Part shown: positions 1 through 8,387 of the stretch, piece by piece
Position numbering within the stretch: position 1 is the first letter of the stretch
Layout: each line of letters starts with the position of its first letter
Program-made: the position numbers and the translations under genes
Notes under the pieces: generated by a model
The model's input: the letters and a program-made list of their open reading frames with translations, nothing else
The model's database searches: none
What the model was told of the DNA's origin: nothing
Assembly: GCA_964596845.1 (NCBI GenBank)
Contig: CAZQVX010000003.1
Location: 1 to 24,643 of the forward strand
DNA: 24,643 nt
Direction: 5' to 3'
DNA from: an uncultured Syntrophomonadaceae bacterium
GTDB taxonomy: Bacteria; Bacillota; Dethiobacteria; DTU022

Positions 1-2
1 GG

Positions 3-191
3 GCCCGCTTCATGACCCTGGAGGAGCTGGAGGGGCTGGACCGTGACAACCTCGAAGGGTCAGGGGAATGCCTCTTCATCGGGCCTGACGCTCCGCCGGA
101 GAAGATCACCATGGAAGCGGAGCGGGCGCATTCCCGTACCGGAGCGAAGGGCGGCTTTATCGCCGCTTCATGGAGGAAGCCCCTGAGCTAG
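3..191 (+). CDS. 3' end of a hypothetical protein entering from the left edge
   Basis: Open frame 3 from the window edge to TAG 189-191: ARFMTLEELEGLDRDNLEGSGECLFIGPDAPPEKITMEAERAHSRTGAKGGFIAASWRKPLS*. GC3-rich codons like the host genes; family not recognised. Confidence 0.5.
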   Translation, partial: ARFMTLEELEGLDRDNLEGSGECLFIGPDAPPEKITMEAERAHSRTGAKGGFIAASWRKPLS

Positions 192-481
192 ACGGGGGGA
201 CGGGGTACGTGGCTAGATCTTGAAAAGGGGCGTAAGGGCAAAGATATGGTATAGATGAAACTGTCCACCCTTTTACCGTTTAGATCGATATGGTTTTCTA
301 CTTTTCGGGAGAGGGTGAATCCATTTTTCACTAGCACTTTTTGGGATGCAATATTCCCTGTTGATGCGCCTGCAGTGATCCTTTCCAAATTATGCTTTTC
401 AAAGTAAGCTCGATTTTTTACCTCAAAATCGTATATGTCCGACGAGTTAGTTACATTTAATAATTCAATGGTAAGTTTCAT
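188..481 (-). pseudogene. RimJ/RimL-type GNAT N-acetyltransferase with in-frame internal deletion
   Basis: N-terminal MKLTIELL..IYDFEVKNRAYFEK is joined directly to the C-terminal motif ITAGASTGNIASQKVLVKNGF..NGKRVDS. The central strands and acetyl-CoA binding motif A are absent. SD GGCGGAGGG precedes ATG 481; region is visibly AT-rich. Confidence 0.75.
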
Positions 482-579
482 TATCGGCAACCCTCCGCCT
501 TGTTTTTAGCCACTACCTTTTTCGATAAGAAGCCCCTTATCCCTTTTTCATAACCAGCTACAGAGAATCCTTACTACCA

Positions 580-602
580 GCCAAAGTACCTGTCCCTATG
601 GC
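580..602 (-). repeat. Short REP-like element GCCATAGGGACAGGTACTTTGGC (copy 1)
   Basis: Reverse complement matches the element at 24596-24623; GCCA/TGGC inverted ends; intergenic. Confidence 0.6.
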
Positions 603-667
603 TCATTGACAAGGCTGCTGCATAATTACATTTTAGGGGGGGATATTTAATAACTGGTGATGCCTTC

Positions 668-1147
668 ATGTATTTTACTAATCTGGCCGGCCCCATAACC
701 CTGGCGGTGATGACGGCAATAATGTTTTTACTCGTTCCCTGGCAAAGGATCCAGAGGCTGCTGCCGCTGGGATCACTCTTCGGAGTGGTCCTGGGGAGCG
801 CAACTTATTATATCCTGCAAAATTTGGTGCAGGCCTGGCATTTCGAGAACGCCGACCTGATCAGCCTGGCCGGCGTTCCTCTCTTCATGACCGCGGCCTG
901 GATCCCTTACGCGATTATCTATTTTCACCTGCTGGCCCAATACCGGACCATCCTGCATGTTATTTTGCTGATCCTGATAAATGCCGCGGTACCGACCTTT
1001 TTTCACTTCCTGCTGGAGAGCAACGGCATGATTGTTTTTCAGAGATGGAGCTGGCTGGACAATTTTTTTTACGCCGCCACCGTCTTCAACACCCTGGGCC
1101 TGACGGTATTCTACAGCAGGTTTGCAGCTAAAGTCACCGCCGACTAG
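668..1147 (+). CDS. Small multi-pass membrane protein (hypothetical, CBO0543-like appearance)
   Basis: 159 aa with about five hydrophobic segments; no catalytic motif recognised. Confidence 0.7.
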   Translation: MYFTNLAGPITLAVMTAIMFLLVPWQRIQRLLPLGSLFGVVLGSATYYILQNLVQAWHFENADLISLAGVPLFMTAAWIPYAIIYFHLLAQYRTILHVILLILINAAVPTFFHFLLESNGMIVFQRWSWLDNFFYAATVFNTLGLTVFYSRFAAKVTAD

Positions 1148-1195
1148 AATATCAAAGACTGCCTTTCTAATTCACTCCCCCCTGACTCACGGGGA

Positions 1196-2359
1196 TTACT
1201 GGCCTGGAGGTTTAAGGTAGCTGTTGGCGATGATGGGATACCCATTGTCAGGGTAGGCCACATAGTCTGTGTGCGCAAAGTTGTGGTTGGGGCCGTAATC
1301 TGTGCTCAAGATCTGGGCGCCGCTGGCCACGCCGTTTTGGAAGCGGGTTTCGCTGACTTCCAGGTTGCTGTCGAGCCGCGTCCGGACGATGTAGTTGGCG
1401 GAGACGAGTCTGTTGATCTCTTCAACCCGGGGATCATTATGAACGATAAATGAAGCGTAAGTATTGTCCGTATCAGTGTCTGCAGCCGCCGGGAACATGG
1501 CCATGTTGGAAAAGCCGGGATCCAGCGCAGCATAGGTGTCGGTGTACTGCCCCGGGTGCAGGATCACGATGATCTTACCCAGCAATTCAGTCAGCAGCGG
1601 CCAGCCCTTTTCCCGGACAGCCTGGTTCAGTGTTTCGCCTGGTGCGGTGATGTCACCGGGGGTGAAAAGTTTTGAACCAAGGGTTTCTCGGATCAGATCA
1701 TCGAGCGCAGACAGCTCTTTCTCACCGAAATCGCTCAGTGCCGGGTCGAGGAACATCCAATCGCCTTTCAGTTCGAGCAGGATCATGATGGGGATATGGC
1801 CTGGGTTATGCCCGGACCACATTAAAATCTCTTCCAGGGCCAGATCAAACTTGGGCGCAGTGCTGCTGTTGTCTGCCAGCGGAGCGTGGATCACCTCAAA
1901 GTCGCCCTTGCGGTAACGCAGGTCCAGTTCGAAACTTCTTATGCCGTGATTTAGTTGATCGGTTAAAGGGTTGTTCTCGTATTTGAGGGCTTCGGCCTCA
2001 ACTTTGTCGCCGAGCCCGATGATAAACTTGGCGATGGGGGAGCCCAGCTTTTTGTAGCTGTTGTGGGTGGCCAGGAGCTGGATTTCGTTTAACCTGAGGC
2101 TGCTGTTCTTCAGGTCGAAGTTGACGAACTGCTGTTCATCGACGGGGGTGTAATCCCCCCTGTATAAGGTGCGCAGCGCGGCGACATGCTCCGCCTGCGC
2201 CGCGATGTCGGCAACGCGGATCCGGCTGAAATAAACCGCCAACCCGGCGAGAATCACTAGAAGAACCCCGACAATTACAGCCAGGGCCAGCCCTATTTTC
2301 CCGGTTATTCGCAGCATTTGTCTTCTCTCCTTCCGATCTTTAGGCGGGTCATGTTTCAC
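1196..2359 (-). CDS. Membrane-anchored PI-PLC-like phosphodiesterase (Ca2+-dependent phosphoinositide phospholipase C family)
   Basis: Basic N-terminus plus one TM helix (about aa 22-44); motifs LNEIQLLATHNSY (H99), QLNHGIRSFELDL, VIH, NPGHIPIMILLELK and GAQILSTDY; SD-like GGAGCGGTGA before GTG 2359. Confidence 0.85.
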   Translation of the reverse strand: MKHDPPKDRKERRQMLRITGKIGLALAVIVGVLLVILAGLAVYFSRIRVADIAAQAEHVAALRTLYRGDYTPVDEQQFVNFDLKNSSLRLNEIQLLATHNSYKKLGSPIAKFIIGLGDKVEAEALKYENNPLTDQLNHGIRSFELDLRYRKGDFEVIHAPLADNSSTAPKFDLALEEILMWSGHNPGHIPIMILLELKGDWMFLDPALSDFGEKELSALDDLIRETLGSKLFTPGDITAPGETLNQAVREKGWPLLTELLGKIIVILHPGQYTDTYAALDPGFSNMAMFPAAADTDTDNTYASFIVHNDPRVEEINRLVSANYIVRTRLDSNLEVSETRFQNGVASGAQILSTDYGPNHNFAHTDYVAYPDNGYPIIANSYLKPPGQ

Positions 2360-2420
2360 CCTGAATCACCGCTCCAGGGGCAGGAATTAAAAAGAGGCTT
2401 GGAATGGAGCGGTTCAGGTG
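2357..2420 (-). promoter_or_regulatory. Imperfect inverted repeat pairing the activase stop region with the SD of the PLC gene
   Basis: ACCGCTCCA (2368-2376) and TGGAGCGGT (2405-2413) are perfect 9-bp complements, extendable imperfectly to 2357 and 2420. Confidence 0.45.
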
Positions 2421-3340
2421 TAGTTGGAGATGGTCACCAGGCGGGCGCCGCTGGTGAGCATGATCTCTTTCAGGCGCATCATGGCGCTTTCATTGAGCCG
2501 GGGAACCCCCCTTAGACTGTAATCCAGGCCTAGCCGCTTGTAATCGCCGGCGCAAAGGTCATTGTAGCCAAGCAAGTCAACCCGCTCAGGCGGCCTCATG
2601 TGCTCCTGGATAAAGCGCGCTGTAGCGGAGATATCTTCTTCGCCGGCGGTGCAGCCGGGGATTACCGGCACCCGGATCCAGAAGGGGATCCCCGAAGCGC
2701 CCAGCCAGGCGGCATTCTCCAGGATTTGCGCATTGGAACCGCCGGTGTAGAGCCTGTGCTTCTCGTCGTCGATCATCTTCAGATCATAGAGAACGAGGTC
2801 CGCTTCCCGGGCAACAGCCTGAAAAATGTCCGGGCTTACGCATCCCGCGGTGTCGATACAGATATGGATGCCCTTAGATTTTAGCAGCGGAATAGTTTCC
2901 AGGAGAAAGCGATACTGCAGCAGGCACTCGCCGCCGGAAAAGGTGACCCCGCCGCCGGAGCGGTCATAAAAAGGCTTGTCGCGAATCAATTTATCCACAA
3001 GTTCATCGGGCCGCACCTGCACCCCAAAGACCCGGATCGCCCGGGCGGGGCAGTTGTCTGCACAGCGCAGGCAGCGCCTGCAGGAGTCGTCAAAGATGAG
3101 ACCGCGCTCACCCTTTTGCAGAGCGCCCTGGGGGCAGTTCTCCACGCAGGTGTTGCAGCCGATACAGCGCAGCGGTTCATGGACGAGCTCCGTCCGCATG
3201 GTCAGCCCCTCCGGGTTCTGGCACCAGAGGCACCTCAGCGGGCATCCTTTCATAAAGACAGTGCTGCGGATGCCCGGTCCGTCTTCTGTGGACATTGGCT
3301 GAATATTAAAGATAGTGGCGGAAAGGTGACTATTCTGCAT
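2414..3340 (-). CDS. Glycyl-radical enzyme activating protein (radical SAM, two auxiliary ferredoxin motifs)
   Basis: IFNIQ..STEDGPGIRSTVFMKGCPLRCLWCQNPE (CxxxCxxC), CIGCNTCVENCP and CRRCLRCADNCP, GGGVTFSGGE, DLKMID, RVPVIPG. Start placed at ATG 3340 because the ATG at 3349 overlaps the -10 box. Confidence 0.95.
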   Translation of the reverse strand: MQNSHLSATIFNIQPMSTEDGPGIRSTVFMKGCPLRCLWCQNPEGLTMRTELVHEPLRCIGCNTCVENCPQGALQKGERGLIFDDSCRRCLRCADNCPARAIRVFGVQVRPDELVDKLIRDKPFYDRSGGGVTFSGGECLLQYRFLLETIPLLKSKGIHICIDTAGCVSPDIFQAVAREADLVLYDLKMIDDEKHRLYTGGSNAQILENAAWLGASGIPFWIRVPVIPGCTAGEEDISATARFIQEHMRPPERVDLLGYNDLCAGDYKRLGLDYSLRGVPRLNESAMMRLKEIMLTSGARLVTISNYT

Positions 3341-3347
3341 TGATTTC

Positions 3348-3377
3348 ATTATAAACGTCTTTGGGCGGCCGTTGCAA
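3348..3377 (-). promoter_or_regulatory. sigma70/sigmaA promoter of the activase gene
   Basis: TTGCAA (3377-3372), 18-nt spacer, TATAAT (3353-3348); predicted +1 at about 3341-3340. Confidence 0.7.
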
Positions 3378-3579
3378 GAGCAAAAACACGCGGTGCGAGA
3401 AGTCCACCCGGCGAAGAAGTGATCCGCCCGCGGCAGGAAGCGGCCTCGCTCAACTTGAATATAATGTATGGCAGCGGCTGAGCAGCAGGTATTACGCCGG
3501 CAGTGTGACGGCTTCTGAGTAGATTTTGTTTTTCTGTTCAGCCGGCAGTATAAACATCAAAGGCGAGGGAGGAATCAGG

Positions 3580-4791
3580 ATGCAATCATGGTCCGAGGTA
3601 GGGCTCCTGAAAATGGTTTTACTTCACCGTCCGGGCGCAGAACTGTTGAATTTAACCCCCCGTTATCTGAATGAGCTGCTTTTTGATGAAATCCCCTGGC
3701 TGGCCAAAGCCAGGGCCGAACACGACAGTTTTGCCAATATCCTGAGAGAACAGGGAGTTCAGGTTTTCTATGTGGATCAATTGCTGTCTGATATTTTGAA
3801 AGACCCCGGGGTAAAAAGCGAGCTAATTAAAAAAAGGATGGCCAGTTCGCTGACCGGGGCGGAGGTGGCCGGAACGGATGATCCGGTTTACAATTTTTTA
3901 AATGGGACGGAGCCCGAACAGCTTTCCCGGACGATTATTGCCGGACTGCGGAAACATGAGGTCCAGCATCTAAAAAAATACACAACCCTCAGGGATCTGA
4001 CCGTGGACAGCTACCCCTTTTGCCTTGCGCCCCTGCCTAATATGTACTTTACCAGGGATCACGGGGCCATGATCGGCAAAAATATGCAGATCAGTACCAT
4101 GTTTTTGCCGGCGCGCCGTCGTGAAACAATTTTGCTGCGGTATATCTGCAAGCACCATCCCATTTTTGAGGGAGTGGAGCTGACTTCAGAAGAAGAAATC
4201 CCTTACGGCATCGAAGGCGGCGACATGGCGGTTCTGAACAAAGACAGCCTCATGATCGGACTCAGCGAACGGACCACCGAAAAGGCCATCGAATGGGTCG
4301 CCCACAACTACCTCGTCGAAAAAGAAATGGTCAAACAAATTGTCGTTGTGCAGATCCCCTCCCGAAGGGCCTATATGCACCTTGACACCGTATTTACCAT
4401 GGTCGATCGAGATAAATTTCTGATGTATCCCGGAGTCAAAGATGATCTTTACGTTTACTGGCTGGAAAGGGGAGGCGAGGGCAGGGTTGCCGCCTCCAGC
4501 GGTTACAGCCTGCAGGGCGCCCTGGGCAGGGCGCTGGGCTTGAAGCAGGTTGAGATCATCTGTCCCTCGGCGGACGATGAGATCACCGCCGCCCGGGAAC
4601 AGTGGAACGACAGCGACAACACCCTGGCCATTAAACCCGGTACCCTGATCTGTTACGATCGCAACGAGAAGACAAATGATACATTGAGAAAACACGGCAT
4701 CGAAGTCATCGAAATCGAAGGATCGGAACTGGTCCGCGGGCGCGGCGGACCGCGCTGTATGACCCTGCCCCTGAAGAGGGAGGATATTTAA
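3580..4791 (+). CDS. arcA: Arginine deiminase
   Basis: SEVGLLKMVLLHRPG, LLFDEIPWL, PLPNMYFTRD, IEGGD, MHLDTVFTMVD, EQWND, ELVRGRGGPRCMTLP, with catalytic Asp/Glu/His/Cys present. SD GGAGG before ATG 3580. Confidence 0.95.
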   Translation: MQSWSEVGLLKMVLLHRPGAELLNLTPRYLNELLFDEIPWLAKARAEHDSFANILREQGVQVFYVDQLLSDILKDPGVKSELIKKRMASSLTGAEVAGTDDPVYNFLNGTEPEQLSRTIIAGLRKHEVQHLKKYTTLRDLTVDSYPFCLAPLPNMYFTRDHGAMIGKNMQISTMFLPARRRETILLRYICKHHPIFEGVELTSEEEIPYGIEGGDMAVLNKDSLMIGLSERTTEKAIEWVAHNYLVEKEMVKQIVVVQIPSRRAYMHLDTVFTMVDRDKFLMYPGVKDDLYVYWLERGGEGRVAASSGYSLQGALGRALGLKQVEIICPSADDEITAAREQWNDSDNTLAIKPGTLICYDRNEKTNDTLRKHGIEVIEIEGSELVRGRGGPRCMTLPLKREDI

Positions 4792-4837
4792 GCCCGGCCC
4801 CTTGAACGGTAGAAAATGGGGGGCAACATACCCTGAT

Positions 4838-6718
4838 CTAGGTCCAGATCCGGCCCGCCTCTTCGGCAAGATCCAGCCTGTTTAGCCGGTCCTTTGTGGC
4901 TACGCCTTTTTCCGGATCCATCTCCATCAGCCTGTAGAAGGACGCTTTCATCTGGTCGAATTCGATCCTGATGCCTGCCGGTTCGCCGTCCCGCGCCGGC
5001 TCGAGCATACGCGGAGTGAGGCTGTCGTCACCGGCCCTGAAGCCCAGGCGATAGTTCAGACATCTTTTCAGGTGGAAGATCCGGGCGCCCGCCTCCATGA
5101 GGGTGGCAACCGTCAGGCCGTAACCGGCCGCCGCATTGAGCAGATCCGCCATGTCCTGGATGGTCAGAGAGCGGTCGGCATACTGGCAGAGGCAGGCGCT
5201 GTTCTCGATCATTCCCAGCGCCGCTGCCAGGACCATGGTTTCGGGCTTTTTCTCATGCGTCATCGCCTCGAGGTCGAATTCAAAACCAATTTCCGGGTAG
5301 TTGCAGGCCCCTGTTTCCATGAAATGCATCGCCGTGGCTACGTGGCAGGCGCCGCGGGGGCTCACCGCATAGGCCAGGGCATGACCATGTCCGCCTCCGC
5401 GGGGATCATGCATGGGCGCCTCCAGGCCCTTGCTCTGGGCGGTGTAGGCCAGGGCATCATTTCCAATTTCCGCCGCCGCCCGTGCGCTGCCCCGGGCCAG
5501 GAGCCTGCCCAGAGACGTTTTCTTTGCGGCAATAGCAGGAAGCACTGTATTTACTACTGTTTCCATATCACCCCACCGGAGGGCGGTCCCGCCCGTTTGC
5601 CCGGGAGTGAGGTGGCCTTTTTCCCAGGCCTCCATAGCCCAGGCGATGGTGGCGCCGGCAGTGATTGAATCCATCCCCAGGTCGTTGCAGAGATAATTTG
5701 CCTTGCAGGCGGCCGCCAGATCGGCGGAGTCCAGCATGGTGCCGAAAGCGGCAATCGTTTCATACTCCGGACCGGGGCTTTCAGGGATAGCGTAGGGGCC
5801 TTCATCGACTCGAACCATCCGCTTGCAGCCCACGGCGCAATAGGCGCATGTCCGCCTCCCCGTGAGGTATTTTTCACTAAGGGTGCTGCCCGTCAGGGCC
5901 TCGCCCATCTCCTCATTGAAATTGGACTGCCAGTTGCGGATGGGTACATCTCCCGTGTAGATATGCCCCTCCAGGTTTCCCGCCGAGCCGAAGTCGCGCA
6001 GCACCATGGAGATCATTGCTTCTCTGATGCCGGGCGTAACTTTTTTGGCCAGCTCCTTGAGCCCCGTTTCATCGGCAAAACGGGGCTCAACATGTTTTTT
6101 GCCGGTAATGACGATTGCTTTAATCATTTTTGATCCCATTACCGCACCCAGGCCGCACCGGCCAAAAGCGTGGTGGGCATCATTGAGGATGCAGGCATAG
6201 AGGACCGCATTTTCCCCGGCGGGCCCGATGGTGAGGGCGGTGGATTTTTGACCGTAGCGCTCTTTCAATCTCCGCGAGGTTTCGTAGTTGCCTTTACCCC
6301 AGAGATCCCGGGCGTCTTCGATGGTTACGCTTCCCTCATCGATGAGCAGGCAGGATGGGGCGCCGGCTCTCCCGGTGATGAGCAGCCCGTCGTATCCCTG
6401 ATGTTTCAGGGCCGGTGCAAAATAACCCCCGCAGGAGGAGTCGGCAAAGGTCCCGGTGAGCGGGGAGCGGGCCGCGGCGCAGGTCCGGCTTGCGCCGGAC
6501 ATCCGCAAGCCCGCCAGCGGCCCATTTATGAACATAAGCAGACTTTCCGGTGAGAAAGGGTCAAGGGAGAAGTCCGCCCGGTCGCTGTAGATCTTTGCGG
6601 CCAGGCCGCTGCCCCCGATAAAACGGGTGTAGACCTCCCCGGGGCAGTACAGCGCCCCCACAGAGGCGGCTGTAAGATCGATCACCGCGATGACGCCGGT
6701 ATTGCCCTTCACATCCAA
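4838..6718 (-). CDS. Aldehyde:ferredoxin oxidoreductase (tungstopterin AOR family)
   Basis: RSPLTG..SSCGG, GRCGLGAVMGSKMIKAI, CAYCAVGC (Fe-S ligands), PEYET, DLGMDSI, EAPMHDPR and a C-terminal Cys in ACLCQY. Confidence 0.93.
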   Translation of the reverse strand: MDVKGNTGVIAVIDLTAASVGALYCPGEVYTRFIGGSGLAAKIYSDRADFSLDPFSPESLLMFINGPLAGLRMSGASRTCAAARSPLTGTFADSSCGGYFAPALKHQGYDGLLITGRAGAPSCLLIDEGSVTIEDARDLWGKGNYETSRRLKERYGQKSTALTIGPAGENAVLYACILNDAHHAFGRCGLGAVMGSKMIKAIVITGKKHVEPRFADETGLKELAKKVTPGIREAMISMVLRDFGSAGNLEGHIYTGDVPIRNWQSNFNEEMGEALTGSTLSEKYLTGRRTCAYCAVGCKRMVRVDEGPYAIPESPGPEYETIAAFGTMLDSADLAAACKANYLCNDLGMDSITAGATIAWAMEAWEKGHLTPGQTGGTALRWGDMETVVNTVLPAIAAKKTSLGRLLARGSARAAAEIGNDALAYTAQSKGLEAPMHDPRGGGHGHALAYAVSPRGACHVATAMHFMETGACNYPEIGFEFDLEAMTHEKKPETMVLAAALGMIENSACLCQYADRSLTIQDMADLLNAAAGYGLTVATLMEAGARIFHLKRCLNYRLGFRAGDDSLTPRMLEPARDGEPAGIRIEFDQMKASFYRLMEMDPEKGVATKDRLNRLDLAEEAGRIWT

Positions 6719-6724
6719 CCCCCC

Positions 6725-7165
6725 TTATTTTTTGCGGATGATTTTATCTTCGTAACCCATCTCCGCGAGTACCACGGGGAAAAGCTGAAAAGCCGGCCGC
6801 ACCACCGGCAGCAGCTTCAGCATAGCCGTAACCTTGCCGCCCTGTTTGATGATCCCCTTGGTAATGCCGGCCATGGGGTTTTCCAGGCCATGCCAGAAGC
6901 TGTGGGAGTGATCGGCCGGCTGTTTTGACCAGACGTCCTCTTTCAGCTCACAGGGCCCCAGGTAGTAACTGCCGTAGTAACCTTCCTTTGCGGGCGGGTT
7001 TTTCAGGTCAATGGTGATCTCAGTGTCGGGATTGGTGTAGATGAACTTGATGATAATCCCCGCCCTGGACATCTTGGTCCCAATTTTTTCATCCTGAAGT
7101 ACCCGATCCATAAAATAACCGTAGATCTCATACAGTTGATCAGCATCCCGATAATACTTGCTCAT
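6725..7165 (-). CDS. Stand-alone SCP2 (sterol carrier protein 2)-like lipid-binding protein
   Basis: 146 aa; pattern IKFIYTNPDTEITID..ADHSHSFWHGLENPMAGITKGIIKQGGKVTAMLKLLP resembles the SCP2 C-terminus (FWxGxxNPxxAxxxGxIKxxG); SD GGAGG. Confidence 0.72.
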   Translation of the reverse strand: MSKYYRDADQLYEIYGYFMDRVLQDEKIGTKMSRAGIIIKFIYTNPDTEITIDLKNPPAKEGYYGSYYLGPCELKEDVWSKQPADHSHSFWHGLENPMAGITKGIIKQGGKVTAMLKLLPVVRPAFQLFPVVLAEMGYEDKIIRKK

Positions 7166-7196
7166 GATTTTCCTCCATTCCGGTCCCCATATTATT

Positions 7197-8354
7197 CTAG
7201 CGCTGGCTGAACCTACGCTCGAAGATCATCCCGGCAATACCGATTTTGAGCATTTCGATAGTGCCTCCGGCGACACCCCAGGCCTTGGCGTCGCGATACA
7301 TCCTCTCCAGGGGCAATTCGGTGCTGTATCCATAGCCGCCAAAGATCTGCATGGCCAGGTTGGTCACCTCCACAACCATTTCGTTGGCAAAGGCTTTGGC
7401 CATGGATGCTTCGTAAATGGAGGGGAGCCCTCTGCCGGCGCTGTTGATAGCCCGGTAGACCAGGAGCCTGGCTGCATCAAGTTTTGTGGCCATGTCCACG
7501 ATCATGAACTGCACCGCCTGGCGGTTGCAGATCTCCTTGCCGAATGTTTTCCGTTCCCTGGCATAGGAGATGGACTCCTCCAGGGCCCCGCCGGCCACGC
7601 CGAGGCACATGGCTGCGTTGCCGCATCTCTCGATATCAAAGGTGAGCATCAAGTTGGCGAAGCTTCCTGCGGGGAGCACCAGGTTGCTTTTCGGTACCCT
7701 GACGTCATCGAAAAAAAGATCACAGGAGGGCATTCCGCGCAGTCCCATGAAAGTCTCCTGTTTGCCGAAGGTGAAACCGGGCATCCCCTTTTCTACGATG
7801 AGGGCGCCGATACCCCTGTAACCCTGGATATTGTCAAACCGGGTGTAGACCATGTAGTGGCTGGCGTGGCCGGCGCCGGTGATAAAGGCCTTGCTCCCAT
7901 TGAGGATGTAGCAGTCGCCGTCCTCGAGGGCGTTTGTGCTCAGTGCGGTGAGATCTGAGCCCGCATCCTGTTCAGTCATGCACACAGAGACACTGTGCTT
8001 GCCGCTGCAGACGCCGGGCAGGATCCCTTTCTTTTGTTCCTCCGTGCCGAAAAAACCGATCACCCTGGCCGGGCCGACGTTTGATTCGAAGATCGGCGCG
8101 GCGATGAGGGGGCTGAATTTCGCCAGCTCTTCAATGCAGAGGATGGCGTTGATCGAGGGCTGATCGCCACCGCCGTACTCAGAGGGCAGGGTCATCCCCA
8201 GCAGCCCCAGTTCGGCATAAAGATCGAGCAGGTGAAAGGGGAACTCGCCCGTTTGATCCACTTGCCTGGCCAGCTCTTTAAAGTTTTCCTTCCGGCCCAT
8301 GGACTTGATCGTCTCCAGCAGCATCTTTTGCTCTTCATTCAGGTTAAAATCCAT
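7197..8354 (-). CDS. Acyl-CoA dehydrogenase (IVD/LCAD-type catalytic Glu position)
   Basis: GLLGMTLPSEYGGG, CMTEQDAGSD, YILNGSKAFIT, FDDVRVP, AMQIFGGYGY..LERMYRDAK; SD AGGAGG. Confidence 0.95.
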   Translation of the reverse strand: MDFNLNEEQKMLLETIKSMGRKENFKELARQVDQTGEFPFHLLDLYAELGLLGMTLPSEYGGGDQPSINAILCIEELAKFSPLIAAPIFESNVGPARVIGFFGTEEQKKGILPGVCSGKHSVSVCMTEQDAGSDLTALSTNALEDGDCYILNGSKAFITGAGHASHYMVYTRFDNIQGYRGIGALIVEKGMPGFTFGKQETFMGLRGMPSCDLFFDDVRVPKSNLVLPAGSFANLMLTFDIERCGNAAMCLGVAGGALEESISYARERKTFGKEICNRQAVQFMIVDMATKLDAARLLVYRAINSAGRGLPSIYEASMAKAFANEMVVEVTNLAMQIFGGYGYSTELPLERMYRDAKAWGVAGGTIEMLKIGIAGMIFERRFSQR

Positions 8355-8387
8355 CTTGTTCCTCCTGTAACCTTTTTGCGGTAATGG

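Noticed and set aside
606-634. TTGACA upstream of the membrane protein gene
   Set aside because: No -10 hexamer at 16-18 nt spacing (CATAAT is 9 nt away, TACATT 15 nt).
3454-3471. ARG-box-like TTGAATATAATGTATG upstream of arcA
   Set aside because: Only the left half fits and the spacer is 1 nt short. It may just be a TATAAT -10 box, with no convincing -35.
3496-3549. 9-bp direct repeat GCCGGCAGT (3496-3504 and 3541-3549)
   Set aside because: Short and GC-rich; it does not flank arcA as a target-site duplication would.
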